Origin: Heterodontus francisci
Taxonomy: Eukaryota
Direction of reading: 5' to 3'
NCBI RefSeq assembly: GCF_036365525.1
Contig: NC_090392.1
Location: forward strand, 74,602,345 to 74,666,344
Length of the DNA: 64,000 nt
Shown: piece by piece, positions 12,701-25,623 of the stretch
Numbering within the stretch: the stretch's first letter is position 1
Layout of the letters: each line of letters starts with the position of its first letter
The notes under the pieces: generated by a model
Database searches by the model: none
What the model saw: the letters and a program-made list of their open reading frames with translations, nothing else
Told to the model about the DNA's origin: nothing
Translations under genes and position numbers: made by a program

Positions 12701-15075
12701 TCTGTGGCAGTCCGATTGGTGAGAATGAGGTCAAGTATGTTTTTCTCTCTTGTTGGTTCCCTCAGTACCTGCCACAGACCCTGTCTAGCAGCAATGTCCT
12801 TTAGGACTTGGCCTGCTCAGTCAGTAGTGGTGCTACTGAGCCACTCTTGGTGATGGACATTGAAGTCCCCCACCGAGAGTATATTCTGTGCCCTTGCCAC
12901 CCTCAGTGTTTCTTCCATGTGCTGTTCAACATGGAGGAGTACTGATTCTTCAGCTGAGGCGGGTGGTGGGTAGTAATCAGCAGGAGGTTTCCTTGCCCAT
13001 GTTTGACCTGATGCCATGAGACTTCATGGGGCCTGGAGTTGATGTTGAGGACTCTCAGGGTAACTCCCTCCCTCCACCTCTGTCCTGCCGGTGGGACAAG
13101 ACATACCTGGGGATGGCCGTGTCTGGGACATTGTCTATAAGGTATGATTCAGTGAATATTACTATGTCAGGCTGTTGCTTGACTAGTCTCTGGGACAGCT
13201 CTCCCAACTTTGGCACAAGCTCCCAGATGTTAGTAAGGAGGACTTTGCAGAGTCGACCGGGCTGGGTTTGCCACTGTCGTTTCTGGTGCCTCGGTCGATG
13301 CCAGGTGGTCTGTCCGGTTTCATTCCTTATTGACTTTTTAGCAGTTAGGTACAAATGAGTGGTTTGCTAGGCCATTTCAGAGGGCATTTTAAGAGACAAC
13401 CACGTTGATGTGGGTCTGGAGTCACATGTAGGCCAGACCAGGTAAGGAAGGCAGATTTCCTTCCCTAAAGGACATGAGTGAACCAGATGGGTTTTTGCGA
13501 AAACCGACAATGGTTTCATGGCCATCATTAGACTAGCTTTTTAATTCCAAATTTTTTTTATTAATTGAATTCAAATTCCACCTTCTGCCATGAGTCTCTG
13601 TGTTACTAGTCCAGTGACAATACCACGACACCACCGCCTCCCGACAGATTGGTTCCTCTATCTTTCTCTCTCACTATTTTGAGGCCAATAGAATACCTGC
13701 AGTAGTGCGATGATACCCTTTTTTCTTCTCAACTCTAACTAAATGGATTCTGTCTTTACCCCCTCAAGGACATCCTCCCTTTCTACCACTACAATGACCA
13801 GCACTGCCAAACCACCACCCTTTTATCCTTCCCTATCCTTTCTGAACACTTTGCATCCTTGAATATTAAACACACAATCCTCACCATTTCTATGCCATGT
13901 TTCCATTATTGCCACTAAATATATTCCCACATGTCTATTTGTGCGTGTAGCTCACCAACCTTATTCAGTTTACTTGGTAGGTTTACATACATGCATTATA
14001 AACCTGCCTTTGTATTCCTCATAGTTCGTCTTAGTCTGCCCCTATCTAATATGGTACTACATCCTTCTCTAGTATTATCCAACACTCTAACTCCTTTATG
14101 CACCTTATTCCTCTTTCCTACTTCCATATGCTGGTGCACATCCCCCTGCTTATTTAGTTTAAACCCTCCCCAACCAAACTAATGAACCTTCGTGCGAGGA
14201 CATTGGCCCGAGTCCTGTTGAGGTGCAACCCTTCCCTTTCGAATAGGTGCCTGCTGCCCCAGAACTGATCCCAATGTCCCAAGAATCTGAAGCTCTCCCT
14301 CCTGCACCATGCCTCAAGCCATGGATTGATCCTCCCTATCTTCCTATTTCTAGTCTTGTTTGTGTGTGGCACTGGGAGTAATTCAGAGATTACTACCTTT
14401 GAGATACTACTTTTTAACTTCCACTCTAGCTCCTGAAAATCTAACCCTGGGACCTCAATACCTACTCTCTCTATGTCATTGGTACCAACATATACCACAA
14501 CTTCTAGTTCACTCCCTTCCCCCTGCAGAATATTCTGCACCCTTTCCATAGTGTCCTTTACCCTGGCACCAGGGAGGCAACACACATGCAGGACTCACAA
14601 TGATGTTTACAGAAATGCCTGTCTGTCTCCCTAATTAGGGAATCTTCTATAACGACTGCACTTCTACTCTCTGCTGTTCCTTCCTGTGCAGTCCCTTTCC
14701 CATTGGTGCCACGGTCTGTACTGCAGTCCTTTAAGGTGTCGTCACTCCTACCAGTCTCCAATGCTGAGTACTGGTTTGAGAGTGGCACACACCACAAAGA
14801 CTCCTGCACCTCTTGCCGTTTCCTATTCTTCCAGATAGTCACCCATCTACTATCCTGAACTCTCACTGCCTGTGGGGTGACCACCTCCTGGAATGTATGA
14901 TCCAGAAAACTCTCATCCTCCTTGATGCTCCGCAGTGACTCCAGCTGCCTCTCAAGCTTGGAAATCCTGAGCTTGAGCTCAAACAGCTGGAGACACTTCC
15001 TATACATGAAGTGTCCTGAAGTTCCCATATGGTGCAGGAATTGCAAGCAACAGGTCTCAGCTGCCCATCCATGAT
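9790..15075 (-). mobile_element. Degenerate CR1 (HER1-like) LINE, ORF1 plus 5' part of ORF2, split by another LINE
   Basis: ORF1 fragments MDGQLRPVACNSC, CCLPGARVKD, VVVYVGTND match 45440-46283; ORF2 fragment LLNWKTTNF...PWM at 9933-10298. Confidence 0.85.
10469..13642 (-). mobile_element. Near full-length degenerate LINE of a second family (CR1/L2 supergroup, Zenon-like), nested in CR1
   Basis: Endonuclease fragments (DIVIFTESYL, VGDFNVHH), RT (ALDIKAEFDRVWH, VPQGSVLGP, FADD), C-terminal IYKAQVRSVMEY, tail gatgggcaataaatgctggcc. Confidence 0.85.
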
Positions 15076-15385
15076 CTAAGAAAGAAATCTCTATTCCCTC
15101 TTTTAGAATCTAGTTAATGCCTTTAAAAGCTATTTATTTTAATCAATGTCTCTAGACCTGCTCTGTGCTAATACTCTTAATGCGAATTCCCTTAGTGTTA
15201 TATTTACCCTGATTGAACTGTTATTATGTAGTTTCACTCGTTAAGCTATAAATTTAATACAGTATTTTATAGTTTCCTCATCATAGTTTAAACAGCCACC
15301 CTATTTTTAAAATAAAACCTAATACTCACCAACAAATCACTGACCTGCTGCCCTCTGATGTCACTCCTTGCTTTTTTGGAAATAC

Positions 15386-15870
15386 ACCGATCATATCCGC
15401 ACTGTCCCCCACTCTCTCTCTCTCTCTCTGTTTCATCTTCTGCCACCACTGCTGGTGTTCCGATCAGGTCTGCACTGTCCCCCACTCTCTTTCTTTGTTT
15501 CATCCTCTGCCGCCACTGCTGGTGTCTCGATCAAGTTTGCACTGTTCCCCCACTCTCTTTCTTTGTTTCATCCTCTGCTGCCACTGCTGGTGTCTCGATC
15601 AGGTCTGCACTGTTCTCCCACTCTCTTTCTTTGTTTCATCCTCTGCCGCCACTGCTGGTGTCTCGATCAGGTCTGCACTGTCCCCTACTTTCTTTCTTTG
15701 TTTCATCCTCTGCCACCACTGCTGGTGTCCCGATCAGGTCTGCACTGTCCCCTACTTTCTTTCTTTGTTTCATCCTCTGTCACCACTGCTGGTGTCTCGA
15801 TCAGGTCTGCACTGTTACCCCACTCTCTCTCTTATCCTCTGCCACTGCTGCTCGTATTTCTGATCAAGTC
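15386..15870. repeat. Minisatellite, 67-68 bp unit, about 7 copies
   Basis: Unit tttcatcctctgccgccactgctggtgtctcgatcaggtctgcactgtccccactctctttctttg starts at 15431, 15498, 15566, 15634, 15701 and 15768. Confidence 0.95.
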
Positions 15871-17110
15871 CCTTAGAGAAAGATACCTGCTATCCTTACC
15901 TGGTGATTCCACTCTCACACTAATGTGTTTGACTCTTAGTTGTCCTCTGAAGTGACTTGGCATGCCACTCCATTTTGCCCAATTTAGGGCAAGTAGGGAT
16001 GAGCAATAAATGCCAGCCTTGCTAGTGACTGAAGAGCTGAGAATAATGTCTCAACATTTAATGCAGTTTCAAAGTTCCTATAATCTAAATTTCTCCCATC
16101 TAAGAAAATCTTTTTGTGTTTTTGGACGATCTGTCAGGTTTGCATCTCTCTTGTGCTATGTAGCCCAATGGTGCAATCACATGAGGTGTCACAAGGAAAG
16201 TGAGACCAGGATTATAGCTAAGCCTTACCAGATTAGGAGGAGAGGATATAACATAGAAGTTCGAGAGACCCACCTCTTCCACCTCAAGTGGGAAGAATGA
16301 GCTATGGCTACTTTCCTTCCCAATTTTAAACAGTTCCCATTTAGAGTGATTGCAGGGAGGGAATATATTTCATTAAGCTTTGTATAGCTAACTCTAACAT
16401 TATCCAATGGAAGCTACATGCTGCAAAGGATAAATCTGTGTAAAATAACCTCCCTGCTGCAACCTTCTTGAGCCTCCTCATTTTATCGATACAAATATGC
16501 TCAGAGTTAGTAACATAGGAAGATAGGAATATGGGTTGGCCATTCAGCCCCTTGAGCTGGTTCCATCATTCAATGAGATCATGAGTGATCTGTAACCTGA
16601 CTCTATACCCTTGGCCCATATCCCTTAATAGCATCAGTTAATGAAAAGAAACATTCCTCTTTTACTTCTCCTATCGTCCAGATACCTGTAGGAAGTGCTC
16701 TGCCCCTTCCCCCCATCATCACTGTTTTGATATTAAGACTCATTGCACTGTCTTCCACTATAACATTCTTTCCCAGGACCTCAAACTATGCAGCTCTTCT
16801 CTTCCCTCACTTTCCTCTTCCCCCCTATAATATATTGGCTTTTAAAACCCCAAAGCTTGACTTCAACAAACCGCAACTTATTGATTTATCTCCTCTCTTT
16901 TATTATTTCCAATCTTGACAGTGTCCTGTAGTTTAGGCCTCGGCATTTCACCCAGTTCCTTAATGTAAAAAAACATGCTGAGGAATCACAAATAAGATGT
17001 AATTCACTAGAATTTCTCTCTCAGGTCACTGGGTGAGAGCTAAATGGTTTTGGCTGTCCAAAGAATTAGAATTCTCTGAGTTTCGCTGGATCAACATTCT
17101 GACTCCAGGA

Positions 17111-17452
17111 TAAAGCCTGGCTACCCAACCTGAACCCGACTAGACCTAACTGCATGTCTCGGGTTGGGGTCGGGTCAGGTCTATAGTCAGAGTCCAGCAT
17201 TCAGGCTCGGGTCGTGCTGGACAGTGCTGCTTCCGGGAAGTCACGGGATCAGGCTTACCCATGATTCCTCACAACTCCATCTACAGGAATAGCCTGCTGC
17301 TGGAACGGATGAACGATATTCATGTCGGGTCGGGTCGGGTCGGGTCAGGCACGAAAAGAATTTAAGGGACTCAGGCCCGGGTTGGGTTGGGGTTGGCTGT
17401 GGTTGGGTTGGGCCTGGGTCGGGTTTCAATTTTATACCCGAGTAGGCCTTTA
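17111..17452. mobile_element. hAT-type MITE
   Basis: Perfect 8-bp TSD CTCCAGGA (17103-17110 and 17453-17460), TA(A/G)AG-type termini, subterminal CCCGA/TCGGG repeats. Confidence 0.85.
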
Positions 17453-19418
17453 CTCCAGGATGCTTTGCTTCCACTGATAGAACTTCACTGCATGTGAAAC
17501 TGAGGACCTCTGGTGGAGCAGTAGCATATGGCAACACACCACATTTCCTTATTCTCCCTTCACCACCTCCTAAGTCATGTTGTTTGTTGGAATCTCAGTA
17601 TCGCTCAGATATATAATAGAGGTATTGAAAATTATGAGGAGTTTTCATACAGTAGATAAGGATAAACTGTTTCCACAAGGCACAAGAGGATACCGAACCA
17701 GAGGACAGAGGAGAAGAATTATTTTTACCAGTGAACTGTTATGATCTGGAATGTGCTGTTCGAAAGGGTGATGGAAACAGATTCAATTGTAACTTTATAA
17801 AGGAATTGGATAAATAGTTGAAAAGGGAAATTTTATCAGCTTGTGAGGAAAGAGCAGGGCTATGGGCGTGTGACTAATTGGATAGCTTTTACAAAAAGCC
17901 AGCACAGTTATGATGGGCCAAATGGTCTCCTTCTGTGCTGTATGTCTCTTCTATGACTCACTTACACCCTCCGTTCCTCATTGCTCGTGATAACACGTTG
18001 TAAGATTACTGGAATTATATGCAGAGTCTGTATAGGCTGAATAAACCATGTTAGAAGACGACATAGCATCGGACTCTTTAATTGTTTCAAGCACCCTTTT
18101 CTATTTCAGCATTTTGTGAGTAATGCCCATTCCACATTAAAGATCATTTAAAGCAGTACCACGCAGCAGAGATGTTTACCTAATTGTACTTCTGAGTTGC
18201 AGAATTGCTTTATTTAATTTAATATATACTGTATTATTTTTCACAGGCCCTGGTGCTCGACAGAAATAAAAATACATGTCCATGATAGTGCCTGCCATGT
18301 GCTGCACTTTGCACATCCTGCACTGTGACCTTCAAAGCATTAATTGATTCATACTGCTGTCTGTTCTGCAAACAATTTGGCATTAAATTCACACTGCTCC
18401 AATCTTACTCTTGCAGGGTCTGAGAGGAAGAAAAACAGGTGCCATGCAACTATGACATCAAATAGTTTGGTTCTATGTAAATCTCTTGCTGTATTTGTCC
18501 TTTGGTGATTAGATCCAGTAGCAATTATGAAAGTGGCTTCTCAACACTTGGAACATGGAGCAGGAGTTGACCATTCAACACTTCCAGCCTGTTCCACCAT
18601 TCAATTAGATCATATCTTTAGCTACCTGCCTTGGTTTTGTAACCTTTAATGCTCTTGGCTACCAAAAGTCTATCAGTCTCAGTTTTGAAATTTCCCAATT
18701 ACGAACATACGAATTAGGAGCAGAATTGGCCATTCAGCCCCTCAAGCCTGCTCCACCATTCAATAAGATCATGGCTGATCTGTTTGTGTTTCGAATTCCA
18801 CACTCCCATCTACCCCCGATAACCTTTGATTCCTTTGCGTCAAAAGAATCTATCTACCTCCATCTTAAAAATATTCAATAACCCCACCTCCACCACCTTC
18901 TGAGGCAGAGAGTTCCAAAGTCGCACAACCCTTTGAGAGAAAAAATTTCTCCTCATCTCTGTCCTAAAAGGGCAACCCCTAATTTTAAAACAGTGCCCCC
19001 TAGTTCTGGACTCACCCACAAGAGGAAATATCCTTTCCACATCCACCTGGTTTAGAGGAGATTTGAGGAAAAAACATTTTTCACCCGGAGGGTGGTTGGA
19101 ATCTGGAACGCACTGCCTGAAGAGGTGGTAGAGGTAGGAACCCTCACTGCATTTAAGAAGTATTTAGCTGAGCACTTGAAATGCTTTAGCAGACAAGGCT
19201 ACGGGCCAGGTGATGGAAAATGGGATTAGAACAGTTAGGTGCTTGATGGTCAAGCTAACAGGTCGATAACCTTCTCCATGAGAGCTGTCAGGCTAACTGG
19301 TCTACAGTTACCTGTTTTCTGCATCCCATCCTTCTTGAATAGAGGGGTTATATTTGCTACTTTCCAGTCTGATGGAACCTTTACAGAATCTAGCGAATTT
19401 TGAAAAATTAACACCAAC

Positions 19419-19721
19419 TAGAGCCTGGCTCGGGTGTAAAATTAAAACCCGACTCGGGCCCAGCCCGATAACAGCCAACCTGAACCCGACCTGGGCCCAA
19501 GTCCTTAAATTTTTTCTCATGCCCGACCTGAACTGAATATATCAAACATATTATTGAAACATAGAAGATTGTAGATTAAAAAGAAAACAATACAAAACAA
19601 AACTGTATAGTCCAGCCTGAACTGAGCCCGAATGCTGGACAGAGAATATAGACCCGACCCAACCCGAACCCGACGCACGTAGTCGGGTTTGGTCGGGTTC
19701 AGGTTGGGTACCCAGGCTTTA
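19419..19721. mobile_element. hAT-type MITE, same family as 17111-17452, opposite orientation
   Basis: Perfect 8-bp TSD ACACCAAC (19411-19418 and 19722-19729); TIRs TAGAGCCTGG and CCAGGCTTTA; acccga repeats. Confidence 0.9.
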
Positions 19722-19803
19722 ACACCAACGCATCTACTACCTCATTCGCCGCATCTTTGAGGACCTTAGATGAAGTCCATTAGGACCCGAGGCCTTGTCA
19801 TCC

Positions 19804-20145
19804 GGCACAGTGGCGCAATGGTTAGCACCGCAGCCTCACAGCTCCAGCGACCCGGGTTCAATTCTGGATACTGCCTGTGCGGAGTTTGCAAGTTCTCCCT
19901 GTGACTGTGTGGGTTTTTGCCGGGTGCTCCGGTTTCCTCCCACGGCCAAAGATTTGCAGGTTGATAGGTAAATTGGCCATTATAAATTGCCCCTAGTATA
20001 GGTAGGTGGTAGGGAAATATAGGGACAGGTGGGGATGTGGTAGGAATGTGGGATTAGTGTAGGATCGGTATAAATGGGTGGTTGATGGTTGGCACAGACT
20101 CGATGGGCCGAAGGGCCTGTTTCACTGCTGTATCTCTAAATAAAA
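19804..20145 (+). mobile_element. HE1-like SINE
   Basis: Colinear with 4275-4599. Confidence 0.85.
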
Positions 20146-21230
20146 GCTCCATCAGTTTGCTCAGTACCGCTTCCCTGGTGATTGTAATTTCAGCAAGTTC
20201 CTCCCTCCCTTCCACTTCCTGAATTACAGCTATTATTGGAATGTTTTTTGTATCCTCTATCGTGAAGACAGAAGCAAAATATTTGTTCATTTCATCTACC
20301 ATTTCCTTATTATCTACTATTAACTCCCCATTCTCACTCTCTAGAGGACCAACACTCACTTTACTTACTCTTGTCCTTTTTAAATACCGGTAGAAACCTT
20401 TTACATTTCTAGCTAGCTTCCTCTCATACTCTAATTTCTTTCTCCTGATTAACCTTTTTAGTCATTCTCTGCCATTCTTTATATTCTGGCCAATCATCTG
20501 ACCTGCCACTCATCTTTGTGCAATTGTATGCTTTTTCCTTAAGTTTGCTGCTTTTGTTAACTTCTTTAGTTAACCATGGATCCTTCCCTTAGAATTTTTC
20601 TTTATAGTAGGAATATACTTATTCTGAGTATTCTGAAATATCCTCTGAAATGTCTACACTGCTTCTCAATTGATCTATTTCCTAGTCTAATAACCCAGTT
20701 CACTTCAGCTAGCTCAGCTTTCATGCCCACATAGTTGCCCTTATTTAAGTTTAAAATACTAGTCTTATACCCACTCTCTCTCTTTCAAACTGGATGTAAA
20801 ATTCAATCATATTGTGCTCACTGCTACCTAGGGGTGCCTTTACTCTGAGGTCATTAATTAATCCTGTCATATTACACAATACTAAGTCTAATATAAACTG
20901 CTCTCTAGTTGGTTCCAGAATGTGCTGCTCTAAGAAACTATCTTGAAAGCATTCTATGAACTCCTCATCCAGGCTACTGTTTCCAATCTGATTTTTCCAG
21001 TTTATATGTAGATTAAAACCACCCATGATTATTGCCGTTCCTTTATCACAAGCACCCAATATTTCCTTTTGTATACTTCGTCCTACATTGTGATTACTGT
21101 TAAGGGGCCTGTTGACCACTCCCACTAGTGACTTCTTTCCCCTACTAATCTTCATCTCCACCCAAACTGATTATACACCCTGATCTCCTGAACCAAGGTC
21201 ATCTCTAACTATTGCACCAATGCCATCCTT

Positions 21231-22140
21231 CAATCATAAGGTCAGAAGTGGGGATGATCGCTGATGATTGCACAATGTTCAGCACCATTTGTGACTCCTC
21301 AGATACTGAAGCAGTCCGTAGAAGTGCAGCAAGACTTGGACAATATCCAGGCTTGGACTGATAAGTGGCAAGTAACATTCGCGCCACACAAGTGCCAGGC
21401 AATGACCATCTCCAACAAGAGAGAATCTAACCATCTCCTCTTGACATTATCATCACTGAATCCCCCACTATCAACATCCTAGGGGCTACCATTGACCAGA
21501 AACTGAACTGGAATAGCCATATAAATACCGTGGCTAAAAAAGCAGGTCAAAGGCTAGGAATCCTGCGGCGAGTAACTCACCTCCTGACTCCCCAAAGCCT
21601 GTCCACCATCTACAAGGCACAAGTCAGGAGTGTGATGGAATACTCTCCACTTGCCTGGATGGGAGCAGCTCTAACAACACTCAAGAAGCTCGACACCACC
21701 CAGGACAAAGCAGTCAGCTTGATTGGCACCTCATCTACAAACATTCACTCCCTCCACCACCGATGCACAGTGGCAGCAGTGTGTACCATCTACAAGATGC
21801 ACTGCAGCAACGCACCAAGGCTCCTTAGACAGCACCTTCCAAGCCCGCTACCTCTACCAACTAGAAGGACAAGGGCAGCAAATGCATGGGAACAGCACCA
21901 CCTGCAAGTTCCCCTCCAAGTCACACACCATCCTGACTTGGAACTATATCGCCGTTCCTTCTCTGTCGCTGGGTCAAAATCCTGGAACTCCCTAACAGCA
22001 CTGTGGGTGTACCTACCCCACATGGACTGCACTGGTTCAAGAAGACAGCTCACCACCACCTTCTCAAGGGCAATTAGGGATGGGCAATAAATGCTGTTCT
22101 TGCCAGCGACGCCCACATCCCATGTATGAATAAAAAAAAA
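21231..22140 (+). mobile_element. 5'-truncated Zenon-like LINE inserted in CR1
   Basis: RT C-terminal ORF 21530-22090, tail catgtatgaataaaaaaaaa, flanking TCCTT duplicated at 21226-21230 and 22141-22145. Confidence 0.85.
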
Positions 22141-23699
22141 TCCTTGATTAACAGTGCTACCCCTCCACCTTTACCTAGCTTCCTATTCTTCTTGAATGTC
22201 ATATACCCCTCAATGTTCAATTGTCCCCTCCCCAACCTCAATGGCTTTTTGGGGAAGTAATCCTTAGTTTTTCACTACCCTTTATGTGAAGAAGTCCTTC
22301 TTGGCATCACCCCCAAATGGCCTTGTTCTAATTTTATTTTCATGCCTCCTTGTTCCAAGTACAATATCTGGGAATAAAACTAGAAAATGCTGGAAAAAAC
22401 AGGCATTTCCACATCTGAAAAGAAGAAAGTTAGACAAATGTTTCAGAGACCAAGACTGTTGATGACACTATTCAAATTGATAACCTATCTGTTCTATCAT
22501 TGACCTGCAGTGAATTTCCCGTATTTTCTGCTTTTATTTCAGATTTCCAGTGTTCGCATTTTGAAGAACATTTATAACTCTACGGGCATGTGAGGTAGAT
22601 TCGATTTTGAAACTGCCATCATTGAAAAGCAAATCTGAACTTCCAACACACAATCAATTCCTTCTCTAAACAGAACAAAGCAGCTCAATTATCCCCTAAT
22701 TGATTCAAGTGGAGTAACAGCCGCCTGCATTATTTACAAATCTGTGTTTACTTGGGAAGTGACAAATACAGAGGACAAGAGAATGCAATTAACTAAAAGG
22801 CCACAACATATTGCAACAAAAACAACTTGCATTTAAAAAATCACCTTTAACATAGAAAACAAATCACAAAGCACTTCACAGAGATGCAGTTAAAAGTGAA
22901 AGCAGAGCCATAGAAGGAGGTGGCCAATAGCTTGGTTAAAGAGGTGGGTTTTTGAGGAGGAGAGGGAGATGATCCATAGAAATCAACAATCACTGCACCA
23001 AATTAAAAGTCTAAGGAGGATCTAGATGGCCCATTTCATATTTTATTGATATTATGGAGCTGCTATCAGAGGCAGGGAACTTTAGTGAACAGAAAGGCAT
23101 CAAAGCTTTATCTGGTTACCATGTTGAGCTTTCCATTCTGGGTTTTTGGCTGGCTAATAAACACCCTTGAATATAGATTATCAACCAAACAAAGCCGTTA
23201 TCTTTGGAAATTGCTCTCACCTCCAAAATGAGCAGTAGGAAGCAGGAGGGAGAATAATAAAGATTTTAGGTTATTTTAACGTTAAAAAATAAAGTTCAGA
23301 AAGAGATTAGATTGGATGGGGAAAGAGTCAAAATCAAGTAAGGGCAGAAAGAGAGTATTTGTTTTTATTTGTTCCTGGGATGTGGACATCACTGGCAAGG
23401 CCAGCATTTATGGCCCATCCCTATTGCCCTTGAGAAAATGGTACTAGGTGCTACCTTCCTGAACAGCTGCAGTCCTTCTGGTACGTCTAGAGTGCTGTTA
23501 GGGAGGGAGTTCCAGGATTTTGACCCAGCAACAGTGAAGGGACAGCGATATAGTTCCAAGTCAGGATGAAGTGTGACTTGGAGGGGAACTTTCAGACGAG
23601 ATGCGAGACTGAGGCTCTGTTTGCTCTCTCAGGTAGATGTAAGAGATCCTATGACACTACTTCAAAGAAGAGCAGAACAGTTCTCCCTGCTGCCCTAGC

Positions 23700-24740
23700 A
23701 TAAGAATATAAGAACATAAGAAATAGGAGCAGGAGTAGGCCATTGGGCCTCTTGAGCTTGCTCCACCATTCAATAAGATCATGGCTGATCTGATTGTGGT
23801 CTTAACTCCACTTTCCTGCCTTCTCATAACCCTTAGCTCCCTTGTAGATCAAAAGTCTGTCTAACTCAGCCTTGAATATATTCAATAACCCAGCCTCCAC
23901 TGCTCTCTGCGGATGACAATTCCATAGATTAACAACCCTCTGAGAGGGTCTTAAAAAGGAGACGCCTTATTTTGAAATTGTCCCCCTAGTTCTATATTCC
24001 CCCATGAGGGGAAACATCCTCTCAGCATTTACCCTGTCAAGCCCCCTTAGAATCTTATATGTTTCAATAAGTTCACCTCTCATTCTTCTAAACTCGAATG
24101 AGTATAGGCCCAACCTGGTCAACCTTTCCTTATAAGATAACCCCTTCATCCCAAGAATCAACCTAGTGAACCTTCTCTGAACTGCATCCAATGCAAATAT
24201 ATCCCTCCATAAGTAAGGATGCCAAAACTATATGCAGTACTCTCGGTGCCCTGTACAGTTGTAGCAAGACTTCCCTACTTTTATACTTCAATCCACTTGC
24301 AATAAATGCCAACATTCCATTTACTTTCTTGCTGTACCTGCATGCTAACTTTTTTTGATTCATATTCGAGAACACCCAGAATCCTCTGCACCACCGCTTT
24401 CTGCAGTCTCTCTCCATTTAAATAATATTCTGTTTCTGTTCTGCCCACCAAAGTAGCCAGTCTCACATTTTCCCACATTATACTCCAACTGTCAAATTTT
24501 TGCCCACTCACTTAACCTACAGATGCTTTATGTCCTCCTCACGCTTGCTTTCCTACCTATCTTTGTATTGTCAGCAAATTGGTCAGTTCCTTCATCCGAG
24601 TCATTAATATAGATTGTAAATAGTTGAGGCCCCAGCACTGATCCCTGTGTCACTCCACTAGTTAGTTTGCCAACCTGAAAATGATCCATTTATCCCGACT
24701 GTCTGGTTCCTGTTAGTTAGGTAATCCTCTATCCGTGCTA
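23700..24740 (-). mobile_element. CR1 LINE 3' fragment
   Basis: VQRRFTRLILGMKGLSYKERL; (taagaa)n-type tail near 23700. Confidence 0.85.
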
Positions 24741-24754
24741 ATATATCATCCCCA

Positions 24755-24962
24755 ATATTTATCCCACAACCGATATCACTAAAACGGATTATCTGGTTAT
24801 TATCACATTGCTGTTTATGGGAGCTTGCTGTGCACAAATTGGTTGCTGTGTTTCCTACATGACTACAGTGATTATACTTCAAAAGTACTTCATTGGCTAT
24901 AAAGTGCTTTTGGAATGACCTGAGGTTGTGAACGGTGCTATATAAATTCAAATCTTTCTTTC
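24755..24962 (+). mobile_element. Deu-domain SINE 3' half
   Basis: attatctggttattatcacattgctgtt...aaagtacttcattggcta...gctatataaat. Confidence 0.75.
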
Positions 24963-25256
24963 TAAATGATTTCATAACCTGCTAAAGTCGGTATCTGGTA
25001 AAGGCACCCACACAGACAGTGGGCATCAGATGCAGGAACTGGAAGGATGTGGCTCACAGACCCTCTATGTACCCTATCCAGGAAATGGTGTTTGAAAAGT
25101 AGGATCACCGTTCTGGTTATGATAATTCAAGGGCAAATTCGAGCATCATCTGAACGCTGCAAAAAAAGGAAGAAAATGATAGTGATTTGAGAGATTTGGA
25201 AAACAATTCAAAATTAGCAGCATTCACCAAAAATTCCGTGGTTTTGGCCATTTGAA

Positions 25257-25623
25257 GACTTCCCCTTCACAGAACCGAAAGTAAATGGTAAGTTGAAAAG
25301 TTGGTTTCGATTTCCGTGACTGAAAACTGTCGGGAGCAAGAGGCAGATAGGAGGTGATGAGTCTTAATTCTGACTTTTGGAAAGAACTTTGCGGTGTAGT
25401 TAATTTCATCGATGAATTTCGCGATTATTGGAAAGATGATAAATGTCACTTTCATACACTGAGCGGCAAATCGATCCGTTTAAAGGTTGGCAGCAGAAAG
25501 AACTTTTCAATCATTTGATTTCTTGTACATAACAGGTTTTTTTAAAAACGGGTGGTGGTGGAGAGAAGGGAGAGGGGTCTACGCAGCCCTGGAACTGTGA
25601 ATTGGAGGTAGAAACCGGTAAGA
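25257..25623 (+). promoter_or_regulatory. Candidate interferon-responsive promoter and non-coding exon 1 of Gig2 copy 1
   Basis: ISRE GGTTTCGATTTCC (25303-25315; reverse GGAAATCGAAACC), AGAACCGAAAGT (25271), TCACTTTCA (25446), donor CCG|GTAAGA (GT at 25618). Unique, relatively CpG-rich sequence. Confidence 0.55.

Larger units (their letters stand above)
18550..22220 (-). mobile_element. Mosaic of CR1 LINE fragments, mostly minus strand, hosting a MITE, a SINE and a LINE
   Basis: Fragments FPLVGESRTRGH...NFFSQRVVRLWNSLP, MNKYFASVFT, IIMGGFNLHINW...LGSSEHNMIEF. Confidence 0.8.

Noticed and set aside
15358-15955. Long ORFs in three frames; possible CRISPR-like array
   Set aside because: These come from a head-to-tail minisatellite with no unique spacers, in a eukaryotic context.
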